64,000 nt of DNA from Leptospiraceae bacterium (GTDB lineage: Bacteria; Spirochaetota; Leptospiria; Leptospirales; Leptonemataceae): positions 17,964 through 81,963 of the forward strand of contig JAVJNR010000010.1 in the NCBI GenBank assembly GCA_040217195.1. Reading direction: 5' to 3'. The position numbers and the translations under genes are program-made. Shown here piece by piece: positions 1-8,883 of this stretch (position 1 is its first letter; the number at the start of each line of letters is the position of its first letter). The notes beneath the pieces are model-generated. The model was given only the letters and a program-made list of their open reading frames with translations. It was not told the DNA's origin and did no database searches.

Positions 1-633
1 GCTGTCAGAGAGGACTGCCTGCATCTTATCCGGACCTGAATTGATCTGCTGGCTGTGCAGGGATACCTGACAGATGTAGAGGCCGTCTCCGGCATCGATC
101 AGGTTCACCTTTGCCTTGCGGTATTTTGAGCGCCATTCCTGGGCGACCATTTCCTGAGTGACCTTTTCGCTCGTTTCGCCACGGATGTAGGAGAGATCCT
201 TGAGGACCGTATTTTCGGAGATCCCGATTTCCGGTGCAATCTCTCTCACTCTCTTTCGGGTTATTCGGGCCTCCAGGTCCCAGAACTCCGGCGCGATTCT
301 CTCATAGATGCGGTTGCGGATCCTGCGAGTAACCGACTGCCGACCGGTGTTGGATCGAATGAGCTTTCCTATGCTGCTTTTCAGGGGGATATCACGGATC
401 TTTCCGGGGATCCTGATCCATTCGAGCAGTTTGCAGGCCTTGACCCGTTTGTGTCCGGAGATTATATATCCTTCTCGGTTTACGAGAATCGGCTCTTCCA
501 GGCCATCCCGGGCAATGGAAGCGGCCAGATTCTTGATGAATTGTGCACTGGCCTTGAATATGTAATTGTCTGGATGCTCTTTGAGATCGGCGATATCCAG
601 ATCCACGACCTTTTCGGCATGGTGGCTCTTCAA
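1..633 (-). CDS. ParB/Srx N-terminal domain + HTH protein (partial, runs off left edge)
   Basis: Own translation from TTG at 633 (RBS GGGAGG): MKSHHAEKVVDLDIADLKEHPDNY...SIARDGLEEPILVNREGYIISGHKRVKACKLL...VREIAPEIGISENTVLKDL; open to position 1. Confidence 0.8.
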   Translation of the reverse strand, partial: MKSHHAEKVVDLDIADLKEHPDNYIFKASAQFIKNLAASIARDGLEEPILVNREGYIISGHKRVKACKLLEWIRIPGKIRDIPLKSSIGKLIRSNTGRQSVTRRIRNRIYERIAPEFWDLEARITRKRVREIAPEIGISENTVLKDLSYIRGETSEKVTQEMVAQEWRSKYRKAKVNLIDAGDGLYICQVSLHSQQINSGPDKMQAVLSDS

Positions 634-657
634 TGTGTTCTGCCTCCCATACCCGGT

Positions 658-682
658 ATTCTTCTGATTTTTTCGTTTATCG
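658..682 (-). promoter_or_regulatory. Putative phage late promoter (CCGA-N15-AAGAAT)
   Basis: TTGCCCGATA motif on minus strand; 32 nt to an ATG mini-ORF (MGGRTH*) that overlaps the TTG of the ParB-like gene. Confidence 0.5.
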
Positions 683-1009
683 GGCAATGTCTCGACTGGC
701 AATGTTCTTCGCTCCTGATCTGTATAATTCAATCTCCGGGATGGCGTCCTTCCCACGAACCTCCGATCCACCCGCATACTGGATATAGGCGCAGGCTACT
801 TGGCCATGTCCGCAGCAGGCGTTGATTGCTCCGGGAATGTGCCCAATGCAGCCATCAAATCCTTCAGCGGTTCGATTAAGGCCGCAAAATCCGCACGGCC
901 GGGATTGCCATTCATTGGTTGTGAGTGCATCGTTATCGAGGTAGCGATACTGCTCGCCGTCCCAGTAGATTGGGTGGCCTCTAAGCAGCCCATCGCTCCT
1001 AACTGGCAT
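677..1009 (-). CDS. Phage hypothetical protein, Cys-rich (CxxC, CCGHG)
   Basis: ATG 1009, tightly packed in early operon; RPCGFCG...GCIGH...NACCGHG. Confidence 0.65.
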   Translation of the reverse strand: MPVRSDGLLRGHPIYWDGEQYRYLDNDALTTNEWQSRPCGFCGLNRTAEGFDGCIGHIPGAINACCGHGQVACAYIQYAGGSEVRGKDAIPEIELYRSGAKNIASRDIAR

Positions 1010-1301
1010 TGATTCCCCCCGGGTTTTCTCCACTTGAAAGGCCGAGGTCTATCTTTGCCCGGCGCAACATATCGCCCATGTCTTTCGCCCGGGGATCGCG
1101 CTTATTGTCTATGTCCGCACAGGCATCCGCGTGAGCCCAGCCAACTCCGTAGATGACTGCTTTGGCTATCTGCTGCTCCAGCCTATCCAGGCACTCCGTC
1201 GTCGGGTAGATTCCTTCCGGCGAAGGCGTATCGAGCATTTCACTGACGATCCTTGAAAGGTCTCTTCTCCAATCTGTTACACTTAGAGTTTCTTCATTCA
1301 T
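999..1301 (-). CDS. Phage hypothetical protein
   Basis: Operon packing, protein-like composition. Confidence 0.6.
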   Translation of the reverse strand: MNEETLSVTDWRRDLSRIVSEMLDTPSPEGIYPTTECLDRLEQQIAKAVIYGVGWAHADACADIDNKRDPRAKDMGDMLRRAKIDLGLSSGENPGGINAS

Positions 1302-1307
1302 TTCTTT

Positions 1308-1676
1308 TTACCATCCTTTCATTACTAATGGTTCCAGCATGGCTGCCTCTCTATCGAGGCCATGATCCAGAAGCCAGAGCCACTTATCTCGAACCGCAAT
1401 CTGCTTATCATAGCATTGCGGGTTTCCTGGCCATGAGTGCCAGAACCGGTGGAGCGTTGTTATCCATTCGGGATCATAGGCGCAGTAATCCCGATGCGGA
1501 AATCTTCGGGGGAGCAGATGCGCTGAATCGCAGGGCTTCCCGCCGGTCTTTCTGCAGCGGCCCCCGTTCAGCTTCTTGCGTTTCCGCATTGCCCATTCGG
1601 TCTTCATGGAGAGCTTTGCGAACTCCGGGAAGTCCGGGTATATCTCGGCAAGGCGCTGGGAGTGCGTCAGGAGCAT
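1308..1676 (-). CDS. Phage hypothetical protein (possible Cys/His zinc-binding)
   Basis: Overlaps MTase stop; CRKTGGKPCDSAHL...TTLHRFWH. Confidence 0.6.
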   Translation of the reverse strand: MLLTHSQRLAEIYPDFPEFAKLSMKTEWAMRKRKKLNGGRCRKTGGKPCDSAHLLPRRFPHRDYCAYDPEWITTLHRFWHSWPGNPQCYDKQIAVRDKWLWLLDHGLDREAAMLEPLVMKGW

Positions 1677-2494
1677 ACCGGTACCTCTATGCGCTCCATA
1701 AGAGTCTTGATTACTTCGGCGGCCAACGCCGGGACTATGGCATTCCCATAGGCGCGCAATCGTCCCATTCTTGCGCGTATCCCATGAGCCATCGGGCTAA
1801 GCCCGGATTGTATTGGCCTCGGCCTACCAATGGGGAAGGGGATGCGGTCAAATCCGTCCCAGGGGCCAGACCCGCTATCGCAGCCTGTCGTGGGAGCTGG
1901 TCGAGGCGGACTCGGGGGGATCCGTCCGGGTTGACTCCGGCAATGCTCTGCCCCGGGGAGTCTTTCCAGTCCCGTGCTGCCGGTGTTACCCAGCCACCCA
2001 ACAAACCAGAGTCGCTGTCTGATGTGCGGTGCGCCGACGCTACAAGCTGGTAGTACTGTCGCCCCCGTGGAGTAACCTTCGTCTTCCAGTGTATCGAGTA
2101 GATCATCGAGCCAGGAGTCCCGGTCGACTGCAGCGGCAACCTGTTCACCAAAGATGACAGAAGGCCGGAGGGCTCTGACCAAACGAATCCATTGGGGGGC
2201 AAGGTGCCTTTCGTCTCTGATTCCCGCCTGTCTTCCAGCAAGGGAGAACGGCTGACATGGTGGTGATCCGGTAAAGACGGGCCGATCATCCGGCCATCCT
2301 GCCTGTCGGAGGGCAAGGCTCCAGCCTCCGATTCCAGCGAAGAAGTGGTGCTGTCGATACCCGGTAAGGTCGTTTGCTCTGACATCCGCTATGCTCCTAG
2401 TGTCCACGTCGCCGTCGGCTATGAGCCCTTCATCTATGAGATTCCGGAGCCATTGTGCGGCGAAAGGGTCTATTTCATTGTAGTATGCCGTCAT
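1667..2494 (-). CDS. DNA cytosine-5 methyltransferase, large (alpha) subunit
   Basis: Motifs FFAGIGG (I), GSPPCQPFS (IV), GEQV (VI), HIRQRLWFVG (VIII), RLRAYGNAIVP (X); motif IX absent from this frame; start ATG 2494. Confidence 0.9.
   Translation of the reverse strand: MTAYYNEIDPFAAQWLRNLIDEGLIADGDVDTRSIADVRANDLTGYRQHHFFAGIGGWSLALRQAGWPDDRPVFTGSPPCQPFSLAGRQAGIRDERHLAPQWIRLVRALRPSVIFGEQVAAAVDRDSWLDDLLDTLEDEGYSTGATVLPACSVGAPHIRQRLWFVGWLGNTGSTGLERLPGAEHCRSQPGRIPPSPPRPAPTTGCDSGSGPWDGFDRIPFPIGRPRPIQSGLSPMAHGIRARMGRLRAYGNAIVPALAAEVIKTLMERIEVPVCS
1735..2385 (-). CDS. C5 methyltransferase small (beta) subunit in overlapping alternative frame
   Basis: AGGAG 8 nt before ATG 2385; contains WVTPAARDWKD and motif IX-like YNPGLARWLMGYAQEW. 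Confidence 0.7.
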   Translation of the reverse strand: MSEQTTLPGIDSTTSSLESEAGALPSDRQDGRMIGPSLPDHHHVSRSPLLEDRRESETKGTLPPNGFVWSEPSGLLSSLVNRLPLQSTGTPGSMIYSIHWKTKVTPRGRQYYQLVASAHRTSDSDSGLLGGWVTPAARDWKDSPGQSIAGVNPDGSPRVRLDQLPRQAAIAGLAPGTDLTASPSPLVGRGQYNPGLARWLMGYAQEWDDCAPMGMP

Positions 2495-2496
2495 TG

Positions 2497-3330
2497 TTAT
2501 CTCGCATGCACGAAATCGGGGAAAAGATCCTGCTGACCGAGGGCCTTCTGGCAGGCCGGATTCAGCCAGAGGCACTCGATTCTCTCATTTCGCTTGTTGT
2601 CTCTGGTTCGCTTTTCGACTCGCTTCCACCCAGCTCGCTCAAAAGTGATTTCGTAGAGCTTCGATGGATAGCCGCAGAGGACGATCATGGAGAGGCTTTT
2701 TCGGAGCCTGAGAAATAGAATGAAGTGCTCCCAGATGCTCATCATCTCATGTGTGTAGGCTCTTCCGGCCTTGCGGCAGATTCCCAAATAGGGAGGATCG
2801 ACGAAAAAGAGAGTCTCGGGGCTGGAGCACTCCTTGAGGAGCTTGCCATAGTCCTTGCTTTCGATTACCACTCCCCGAAAACGCATTGCAGTCCGGTACA
2901 AGGGCCGAAGGTCTGCAAACATCGAGGCCGGTCGGTATCCGCCGCTGGAGAATACATTTCCATAAGACCGGAATGAGCCACCCGCCCGGTTATTGCTCAT
3001 GTTCATCCAGCAACGGGCATAGAATCGACGGGCTGTTTCCAGTTCGGATTCCGTCGAAGTCCGGGTTATCTCGAATTCGTCACGCGAGTAAGCGGTGAAT
3101 CGAATGGAGCGTATCAGTTCCCGGGGTCGATCCCGGAGCACTCGAAAGAAAGTGCAGAGCTCTCCGTCCACGTCGTTGTAGTATTCAAATCGGGCGCGGT
3201 CCTTTCGCAGAAGCACGGATCCGCCTCCGCCAAAAAGGTCAACATACACCTTGTGCGCCGGGAAGTGCTCGAGGATCCAGTCGGTGAGAAGCCATTTCGA
3301 GCCGTTGTATTTCAGAACGGGTCTTTCCAT
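2497..3330 (-). CDS. DNA adenine methyltransferase (Dam/D12 class)
   Basis: LKYNGSKW, YVDLFGGGGSV, YNDVDG, FFVDPPY. Confidence 0.92.
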   Translation of the reverse strand: MERPVLKYNGSKWLLTDWILEHFPAHKVYVDLFGGGGSVLLRKDRARFEYYNDVDGELCTFFRVLRDRPRELIRSIRFTAYSRDEFEITRTSTESELETARRFYARCWMNMSNNRAGGSFRSYGNVFSSGGYRPASMFADLRPLYRTAMRFRGVVIESKDYGKLLKECSSPETLFFVDPPYLGICRKAGRAYTHEMMSIWEHFILFLRLRKSLSMIVLCGYPSKLYEITFERAGWKRVEKRTRDNKRNERIECLWLNPACQKALGQQDLFPDFVHAR

Positions 3331-3338
3331 GGATCCTC

Positions 3339-4091
3339 TCAGCGTTTAGAAACGATTACCTCGTTTATGGCTTTCCTGGCGGACTCCAGTTTCTGAATGT
3401 CCTCCTGCTTCAGGCCGCCGGTTGCCAGCTTGATGAATTCCCGGGCTGCATAAATGCGGTCTGGTTGTCCCGGATCGAATCCGGCTTCTTTTAGAAGATC
3501 CCAGAGCATCTCAAGCTCCTGGTTTCGGCGTTCAAGGCGGGCTTTGTCTCTTCCAAGGTTTAGTATCTTCTCTGCAGTCTTATAGGCGATGAAGTGGCCG
3601 AGTTCTCGATCGCTCCGCTTTCCATCTTTGAGATCCTGGAAGTAGTCCCTTCGTGCATCACGGCCAGATATGTCTCTGGTTATCTCGCAGCGACACATAA
3701 GGAGATAGCGATACAGGCTGTTCGGGATCGGTCCCTTTCGGTAGACCGCCTTCTTTTTCGTGAAGACTTTCGTTTTCGTGCTGGCTACGGTAAGCAGTCC
3801 TGCTTCCGGAGGCAGTTCGTCCGGTCGGATGATTCCAGGAGGGGCTACAAAATAGAATTCATTGCAATAGTCCAGGTACCCATGCCACTTTGAGTCCCTC
3901 GTGAAATCAGAGCGGGTTACCTTGATTTCGTAGCCGATAGCACTCGGCCTGCTCCAGGACTTTTTCATGGCCCAAGCATCCAGGATAAGCAAGCCGTTAC
4001 CCGTGGGTCCGGTCTTTACCTCATCGACAAAGACATCATCCTTGTGGCGGGAGCGGAGGAGCCGGAGGATTTCGTTCGCGGTGCACTTCAA
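3339..4091 (-). CDS. MmcB-like PD-(D/E)XK nuclease family protein
   Basis: LDAWA...GYEIKVTRSDF..D.KW..YLDYCNEFYFVAPPG..ELPPEAGL. Confidence 0.75.
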   Translation of the reverse strand: MKCTANEILRLLRSRHKDDVFVDEVKTGPTGNGLLILDAWAMKKSWSRPSAIGYEIKVTRSDFTRDSKWHGYLDYCNEFYFVAPPGIIRPDELPPEAGLLTVASTKTKVFTKKKAVYRKGPIPNSLYRYLLMCRCEITRDISGRDARRDYFQDLKDGKRSDRELGHFIAYKTAEKILNLGRDKARLERRNQELEMLWDLLKEAGFDPGQPDRIYAAREFIKLATGGLKQEDIQKLESARKAINEVIVSKR

Positions 4092-4399
4092 TTGCGCACC
4101 TCCCGGCCTCTCTGCTTTTGTCTATGGATAGAGAGCGGCCCAATTTCCTGGCCGGACGAGGCCCTGGCCAACGCCTGGGCCAGTTCATCTCGGCGAAAGG
4201 AAAGAACGTGGTCTCCTTCTACCACAAGGATTACATAGTCGCGGTCGACCACCGTATAACCGTCGCCCTTTAGATGAAGGGAGCCTGCTGACGTGATCGC
4301 TGGTGGCTGATCGACAAATTTGAATAGTGCCGACAAGCGAATTGCATCGGTGATTCTTCTTAGCTCCTTCCGGAACTGGGATTTGTTGGGGAGCTTCAT
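4088..4399 (-). CDS. Phage hypothetical protein
   Basis: ATG 4399 with GGAGG RBS; overlaps both neighbours. Confidence 0.6.
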   Translation of the reverse strand: MKLPNKSQFRKELRRITDAIRLSALFKFVDQPPAITSAGSLHLKGDGYTVVDRDYVILVVEGDHVLSFRRDELAQALARASSGQEIGPLSIHRQKQRGREVRN

Positions 4400-5124
4400 T
4401 TTCGTACCTCCAGAACTTTGAACGATAGCACCCATACCGGAGGATTCTGTGCCCAACCGTATCGTCGCCGCTCCTTCGGGCCACGCCCGTTGTTAAGAAA
4501 ATCCCAGAGGATTCGGAACCTTTCGACTGCTGAAAGAGTCTTGTACTCACCGGTGATGGGAACCGGTCCACAAGTGGAAACGCCTTCGGCAATCGCATCG
4601 GCTTCGGTAATCGAGCAGAGTCGTTCGGCTCTTAAGGCTGTGACCTCCAGCAAGATCCTGGAAGCCCATCGCGGCATGTGAATGGAGGGAACCTGGCCGC
4701 CAAAAATGGCACCGTTGTGACTGGCCAGCCTGCCCCAGGCTTCGCTGGCTTCCTCGGAATTCTCAATAGGGATGAAGGAACCATCGGCCTCATATTGGAC
4801 GCCGTCCAATCCAGACTCCAGCTCCTTGGCGCGGCAATTCTCACGAACCCAGAGGCGGGTTCCGACGTGCCCATAGGGACATCGCTCCAATAGCTCTGCG
4901 TTGGTCAGGTTGTGATACCGGCCCTGTTTATCCTGAATCAGCCAGTCGAATTGCTTGAAATCGCTTTCTCGAATGCTCTTGATTTGTCCCCACCCGGAAA
5001 GTCGATTGATGATCCGGCGGGTAATGGTCTTTCCGTTGCCGGGCGAGTAATACCCGTCCAGAATCCTCCGGACCATGTCTCCGCTGAAGATCATGGGCTT
5101 TTCCTGGACCTTTACGGCGCTCAT
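4396..5124 (-). CDS. Conserved phage protein (ASCH/PUA-like)
   Basis: KPMIFSGDMVRRILDG..KTITRR, CPYG..G.RLWVRE, SIHMPRWASRILLEV..R.ERL..I.E.DA.AEG, W..NP.VWV. Confidence 0.75.
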   Translation of the reverse strand: MSAVKVQEKPMIFSGDMVRRILDGYYSPGNGKTITRRIINRLSGWGQIKSIRESDFKQFDWLIQDKQGRYHNLTNAELLERCPYGHVGTRLWVRENCRAKELESGLDGVQYEADGSFIPIENSEEASEAWGRLASHNGAIFGGQVPSIHMPRWASRILLEVTALRAERLCSITEADAIAEGVSTCGPVPITGEYKTLSAVERFRILWDFLNNGRGPKERRRYGWAQNPPVWVLSFKVLEVRK

Positions 5125-5618
5125 TTTGCGGCCTCCACGGCAAAGAGCTCCGGTTGAGATCGCTTTGATCGATTCAGGTAGGCCTCTGCTTCATCCATAA
5201 GGACCTCAAGAGCCCGGATGCACTTCTGGGGAAGAACCGGACCATCCATGTCGTTTAGGTCCTCTTCGGGGAGGTACGGAGTATTCAGGACCAGTGGACT
5301 GTTGGAGTCGTTCAGTCCTCGCATCGATGTGATGCTGGCTCCCAGGATCTCGTCCTCACCTGCGTAGCCGAAGGTGACTCCACGGATGGAGTGGCGATAG
5401 AATTCGGCTTCCATGTCCTCCGGGTGCAGTTCGCAGATTTCGATAACGGAAGGGATCAATCCCTGGAGGGCCTCCACAAAATCTGGATGTGGTTCATCCA
5501 GGCTGCTCATGGAGTATTCGTCCCAGGCATCCCCGTTTGACTTCTCCCATACCAGGGAAACCCGAAGTGGATCCCCGGTGTATTTGATCTTTCTGAATCT
5601 AATTCTATCTCTGTTCAT
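5121..5618 (-). CDS. Phage hypothetical protein (acidic)
   Basis: ATG 5618 with AGGAG RBS; conserved-looking PHPDF and PLVLNTP. Confidence 0.7.
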   Translation of the reverse strand: MNRDRIRFRKIKYTGDPLRVSLVWEKSNGDAWDEYSMSSLDEPHPDFVEALQGLIPSVIEICELHPEDMEAEFYRHSIRGVTFGYAGEDEILGASITSMRGLNDSNSPLVLNTPYLPEEDLNDMDGPVLPQKCIRALEVLMDEAEAYLNRSKRSQPELFAVEAAK

Positions 5619-5838
5619 TTCGCACTCCTTGATAGGTTGCAAGATGGATCAGTTGTCCATCTTCAGGAACTTGCTCTGGGCGCTGTCGCGTAGCTGCCTC
5701 GATCTGCTTTCCCACTACAATGGCCCACTCGAAGCCCAGGATGTAGCAATGAGCAAGGCGGGCATCGAACTTGATGCTCTCGCTGAGCTCGCTCCCTGAG
5801 TCTTTATCCAGATTTTCGTATTGGGTTCCCATACCCAT
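5605..5838 (-). CDS. Small hypothetical protein
   Basis: Fills the gap in the early operon, overlapping both neighbours. Confidence 0.45.
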   Translation of the reverse strand: MGMGTQYENLDKDSGSELSESIKFDARLAHCYILGFEWAIVVGKQIEAATRQRPEQVPEDGQLIHLATYQGVRNEQR

Positions 5839-6628
5839 CTATCCCGAGACGCTCCATGCGCTCTAACTCTGCATTTATTCGCTGTTCGACCGTAAGCTCC
5901 CGGCTCGTGTTTGAAAGTGCCGGATCATTTTTTCGGGTTCTGCCATAATGGTCCGGATAATTGCTTCTGGATGGTTTTTCCCGTACCAAGCGGCCATTCT
6001 CATGACCTGCGTCCGGATTTTGTCCGGAACGTCTTTTACGAGACCCTGGATCCCGTGCTCGGATAGACCGCTGTTTCTGGAAATCTCCATGGCATACGCC
6101 TTTCGGATGCGTTGCGTTTCCGACTGCCCGTTGTGGGTCTGGGTAGGTTTGGTTTTTGTTGCCTGCATGGCGGGCTCCTAATGCTTCCAGCCTGGGGCCG
6201 GGTGGTGTTGTTTTCCCTGTGCCGTTTTGGGGTGATCTTTTATGTTCCGCACCTCTGGACCGCGATTCATGTTTCGCTGCTCTGGGCCGCGATTCTGGAT
6301 TCTCATGGGCGGTGAGATTCTCACTTCTCTGCGAATCAGTGTGAACTTGGTACAAGTTGCTCCTTCCATATCCGCGTCTCTGTACCGTAATCCAACCAGC
6401 TTGCTTGAGCTGCTGGATCACCTGGCTTATTCTGCGGGTTTTGATTTGCGACTGACCATGATCTTCAAGTCGTTCGGCTATCGCCTCCAGAGTGGGGAAG
6501 CAGACTTTGTCTTTGCCTTGGAAGGAGGCCAATGCCGCATATACCTGCAGTTCCTGCCGGGTCATTTGGGCAATCGCAGCAAGCGGAACCTTTGCCCATA
6601 TTATGCTAATGTTTGGATTGTGACTCAT
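5804..6628 (-). CDS. HTH-domain replication initiator (lytic Rep-like)
   Basis: ELQVYAALASF...CFPTLEAIAERL...ISQVIQQLKQAGWITVQRRGYGRSNLY winged-helix pattern; two 16-bp direct repeats at 6253-6268 and 6280-6295. Confidence 0.75.
   Translation of the reverse strand: MSHNPNISIIWAKVPLAAIAQMTRQELQVYAALASFQGKDKVCFPTLEAIAERLEDHGQSQIKTRRISQVIQQLKQAGWITVQRRGYGRSNLYQVHTDSQRSENLTAHENPESRPRAAKHESRSRGAEHKRSPQNGTGKTTPPGPRLEALGARHAGNKNQTYPDPQRAVGNATHPKGVCHGDFQKQRSIRARDPGSRKRRSGQNPDAGHENGRLVREKPSRSNYPDHYGRTRKNDPALSNTSRELTVEQRINAELERMERLGIDGYGNPIRKSG
5875..6168 (-). CDS. Nested out-of-frame ORF inside initiator gene
   Basis: AGGAG 6 nt before ATG 6168; helical, protein-like sequence while the host frame is low-complexity here. 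Confidence 0.5.
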   Translation of the reverse strand: MQATKTKPTQTHNGQSETQRIRKAYAMEISRNSGLSEHGIQGLVKDVPDKIRTQVMRMAAWYGKNHPEAIIRTIMAEPEKMIRHFQTRAGSLRSNSE

Positions 6629-6635
6629 TGTTACC

Positions 6636-6797
6636 TCACCAGGGATGTATTGCGTAATAAACGGAGAAGATCAGCAAGATGCTGATTCCATAGGATATGA
6701 GCAGGAACCGACGGTTTCGGTGTCGGTCCGCTCTCCGCTTTCTGCTGAGATGCCGCATATCCGATGCGAAGAAGCTGGATCGTATCGTTGCTTCCAT
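6636..6797 (-). CDS. Small membrane protein (53 aa, not in ORF track)
   Basis: MEATIRSSFFASDMRHLSRKRRADRHRNRRFLLISYGISILLIFSVYYAIHPW; GGAG RBS. Confidence 0.6.
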   Translation of the reverse strand: MEATIRSSFFASDMRHLSRKRRADRHRNRRFLLISYGISILLIFSVYYAIHPW

Positions 6798-6798
6798 T

Positions 6799-7095
6799 TC
6801 AGTCTCCCGTGTAATCGTGGCGGCGACCTGAAGGCCGCTCTCTGTTTTCTATCCGGATTGTATAGTCCGGAATCTCTATGACCTTCCCCGAATAGCGCTG
6901 CAGGCGCGTTATGGCGAAGGCCAGGTCTTTCTGTAGCTGAAGGGCCGTTTCTCGGTCTTCGATTGGATGACCGTCCAGAAGTAGCTGGAAGTCCGCGTAC
7001 TGGATCCGTCCTTCGAAGACCTTTCGACCATAATCGGGCGGCTTTGGTGCTACAGAGGTCTCATTGTCTGTTCGATTGATATTCAATGACTCCAT
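6799..7095 (-). CDS. Phage hypothetical protein
   Basis: RBS GGAGGGAGAG; operon packing. Confidence 0.6.
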   Translation of the reverse strand: MESLNINRTDNETSVAPKPPDYGRKVFEGRIQYADFQLLLDGHPIEDRETALQLQKDLAFAITRLQRYSGKVIEIPDYTIRIENRERPSGRRHDYTGD

Positions 7096-7136
7096 TGCTG
7101 TGCTCTCCCTCCAAACGGATGATTGCCGAAAGCGGC

Positions 7137-7967
7137 CTATGCGGCCGCGTCGGCGGAATCGCTGGGGTCGTAATTCTTCTGGATGGTCCAGATTCGGAAG
7201 GCAGAGGAGAATGCGGCCAGAGCCCTGGAGCGATCCTGGTCGGACCAGATCTTGCTGAAGTAGCGTCCAGGTTGGTTCTTGTCCATGACCAGACTGGCCA
7301 CGGCGTCAATCGTCATCATTTCCTGATGCTCCATGGCCTCTGCGTATGCAGACATCTGATAGCACCATTCTTCGTAGAAGTTGGGCTTCGGCTGACCTTT
7401 CTTGTCGTCTTTGACGTACTGGCTCTTTATATCTGCCAGGACGGTTCCTATGCCCGGAATCTCAAGAAGGAGGTCCGCGGTACCCGCATACCCTTCGGTA
7501 ACGACGACCTTTTCGGATGCCAGGATCCTGGCGTCCGTCTCCCGTAGCCATCGCCTGAAAGCGACCACGTGACGAGCCACGGTTCGGAAGTCCGGTGAGA
7601 GTTCTCCGGTTTTTGCGAAGTGTTCGATGGCCGCATGGATCTGCTTTCCGGTGTCCGCTGCGCTGCTGGTCTCGGATTCCATATCCTCAACCACTCGCTT
7701 TGCGAAGTCTTCCGTCGGTTCATCCTTCTTACGGGGGAGGGTAAGGGAAGCCATGATAGCCTGCTCCAGCTTCCAGGACTCCAGGCCAGGTTTTGCTACG
7801 ACCTTTAGCACTGTAGTCACGGAGGGCAGAAGGCCAAGTTTTCGAGCGTCTGCCAGGGTGGTTGGCTTTCGGTCCTTCCGCTTTTTGTCGGCATAGGGAA
7901 CTGTATGCATTGGCTCCCCGTCCCGGGTATACCAGTGTGCGTCACTTTTCCGCTGGATCAGGCTCAT
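7137..7967 (-). CDS. PD-(D/E)XK exonuclease (phage recombination exonuclease)
   Basis: LPSVTTVL, GKQIH..IE, SEKVV...GYAGTADL...LADIKS...QMSAY. Confidence 0.85.
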   Translation of the reverse strand: MSLIQRKSDAHWYTRDGEPMHTVPYADKKRKDRKPTTLADARKLGLLPSVTTVLKVVAKPGLESWKLEQAIMASLTLPRKKDEPTEDFAKRVVEDMESETSSAADTGKQIHAAIEHFAKTGELSPDFRTVARHVVAFRRWLRETDARILASEKVVVTEGYAGTADLLLEIPGIGTVLADIKSQYVKDDKKGQPKPNFYEEWCYQMSAYAEAMEHQEMMTIDAVASLVMDKNQPGRYFSKIWSDQDRSRALAAFSSAFRIWTIQKNYDPSDSADAAA

Positions 7968-8845
7968 TTGGCACCTCCTGCAGGCGCGAATAGCCCCAGA
8001 CCAGGTTCTTCAGAGGGCTCGACTGCACCGGGCTGTTCTTCCTGTTCCTCGGAGTCGCCCGGGCGTTGCACGTTCTCCAGGGCCTGGGTCACCTGTTGGA
8101 TGGCCGAGTCTGCGGCATTTAGCAGGCTCTCCTTTTCGTTTTCCGTAACGATGCCTTCCAGTTTCTGCTCGATGTAGCTTCGGATTCGTTGTAGGCGTTC
8201 CAGATCAAGTTCGCCCATGGCCTCTTCGATACCATTGTTTGCCCTGATGGACGTTTCGGAAGGCTCGGATTGAGGTGCTTCCGGCGCCTCATTAATGGTC
8301 TTTTCCGTACGGCCAGAACCAAAACCTTCGCCGAAATCCATTACCTCTTCGGGAACGTAAAGGCCTTCGGCGACCTCCGGTGCGAGTGCCTTTACACCTT
8401 CGGAAATTACCCGGGCGGATAGCATTTGCCTGGGATACATCTTCCAGTTCTGCTTGTCCGTGAGACCTGCCTTCTGAGCCATCTCCATGGTCCATTTGAT
8501 TGTGATGACATTCCCCTGGCGGTCTGCGAACTCGGCCTCGCATACGCGATCGTCTCTCCGGATCCATCGCACCTGGTTTCCGGCCTTCTTGAAGTCTGCC
8601 AGCATTGTCTGGCTCTTCAATGCCGGTCGCCCCTGGATGATGTCATAACGCTGCACTGCCTTCATCGGGTGCATGCCCGATGCCTGGCAAAGAAGCATCA
8701 ACGCCATGGCCTGAGATTGGTCTTTCATCCCAAACAGGCCAGATTTCACGATTGTGTGGGCCATCTTTTCGAGTTCCGGCAGCGAATACTGCGCCGGAAG
8801 CTCGGGCGACTGGTCCTGTCGCATTGCTATGTCTTTCTCGGACAT
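7964..8845 (-). CDS. RecT/Red-beta-like single-strand annealing protein
   Basis: ATG 8845 with GGAGGGAG RBS; IIQGRPAL, WTMEMAQKAGL...NWKMYPRQMLSAR, GLYVPEE; adjacent to exonuclease. Confidence 0.8.
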   Translation of the reverse strand: MSEKDIAMRQDQSPELPAQYSLPELEKMAHTIVKSGLFGMKDQSQAMALMLLCQASGMHPMKAVQRYDIIQGRPALKSQTMLADFKKAGNQVRWIRRDDRVCEAEFADRQGNVITIKWTMEMAQKAGLTDKQNWKMYPRQMLSARVISEGVKALAPEVAEGLYVPEEVMDFGEGFGSGRTEKTINEAPEAPQSEPSETSIRANNGIEEAMGELDLERLQRIRSYIEQKLEGIVTENEKESLLNAADSAIQQVTQALENVQRPGDSEEQEEQPGAVEPSEEPGLGLFAPAGGAK

Positions 8846-8883
8846 ACACTCCCTCCAAATTCTAAGCTCACGCAGCGGAAACG

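Noticed and set aside
1253..2053. 266-aa + strand ORF
   Set aside because: Antisense shadow of the MTase and neighbours; no motifs or RBS
7137..7967. Cas4-like assignment for the exonuclease
   Set aside because: Lacks the Fe-S cysteine cluster and any cas context; pairing with an annealase indicates a recombination exonuclease
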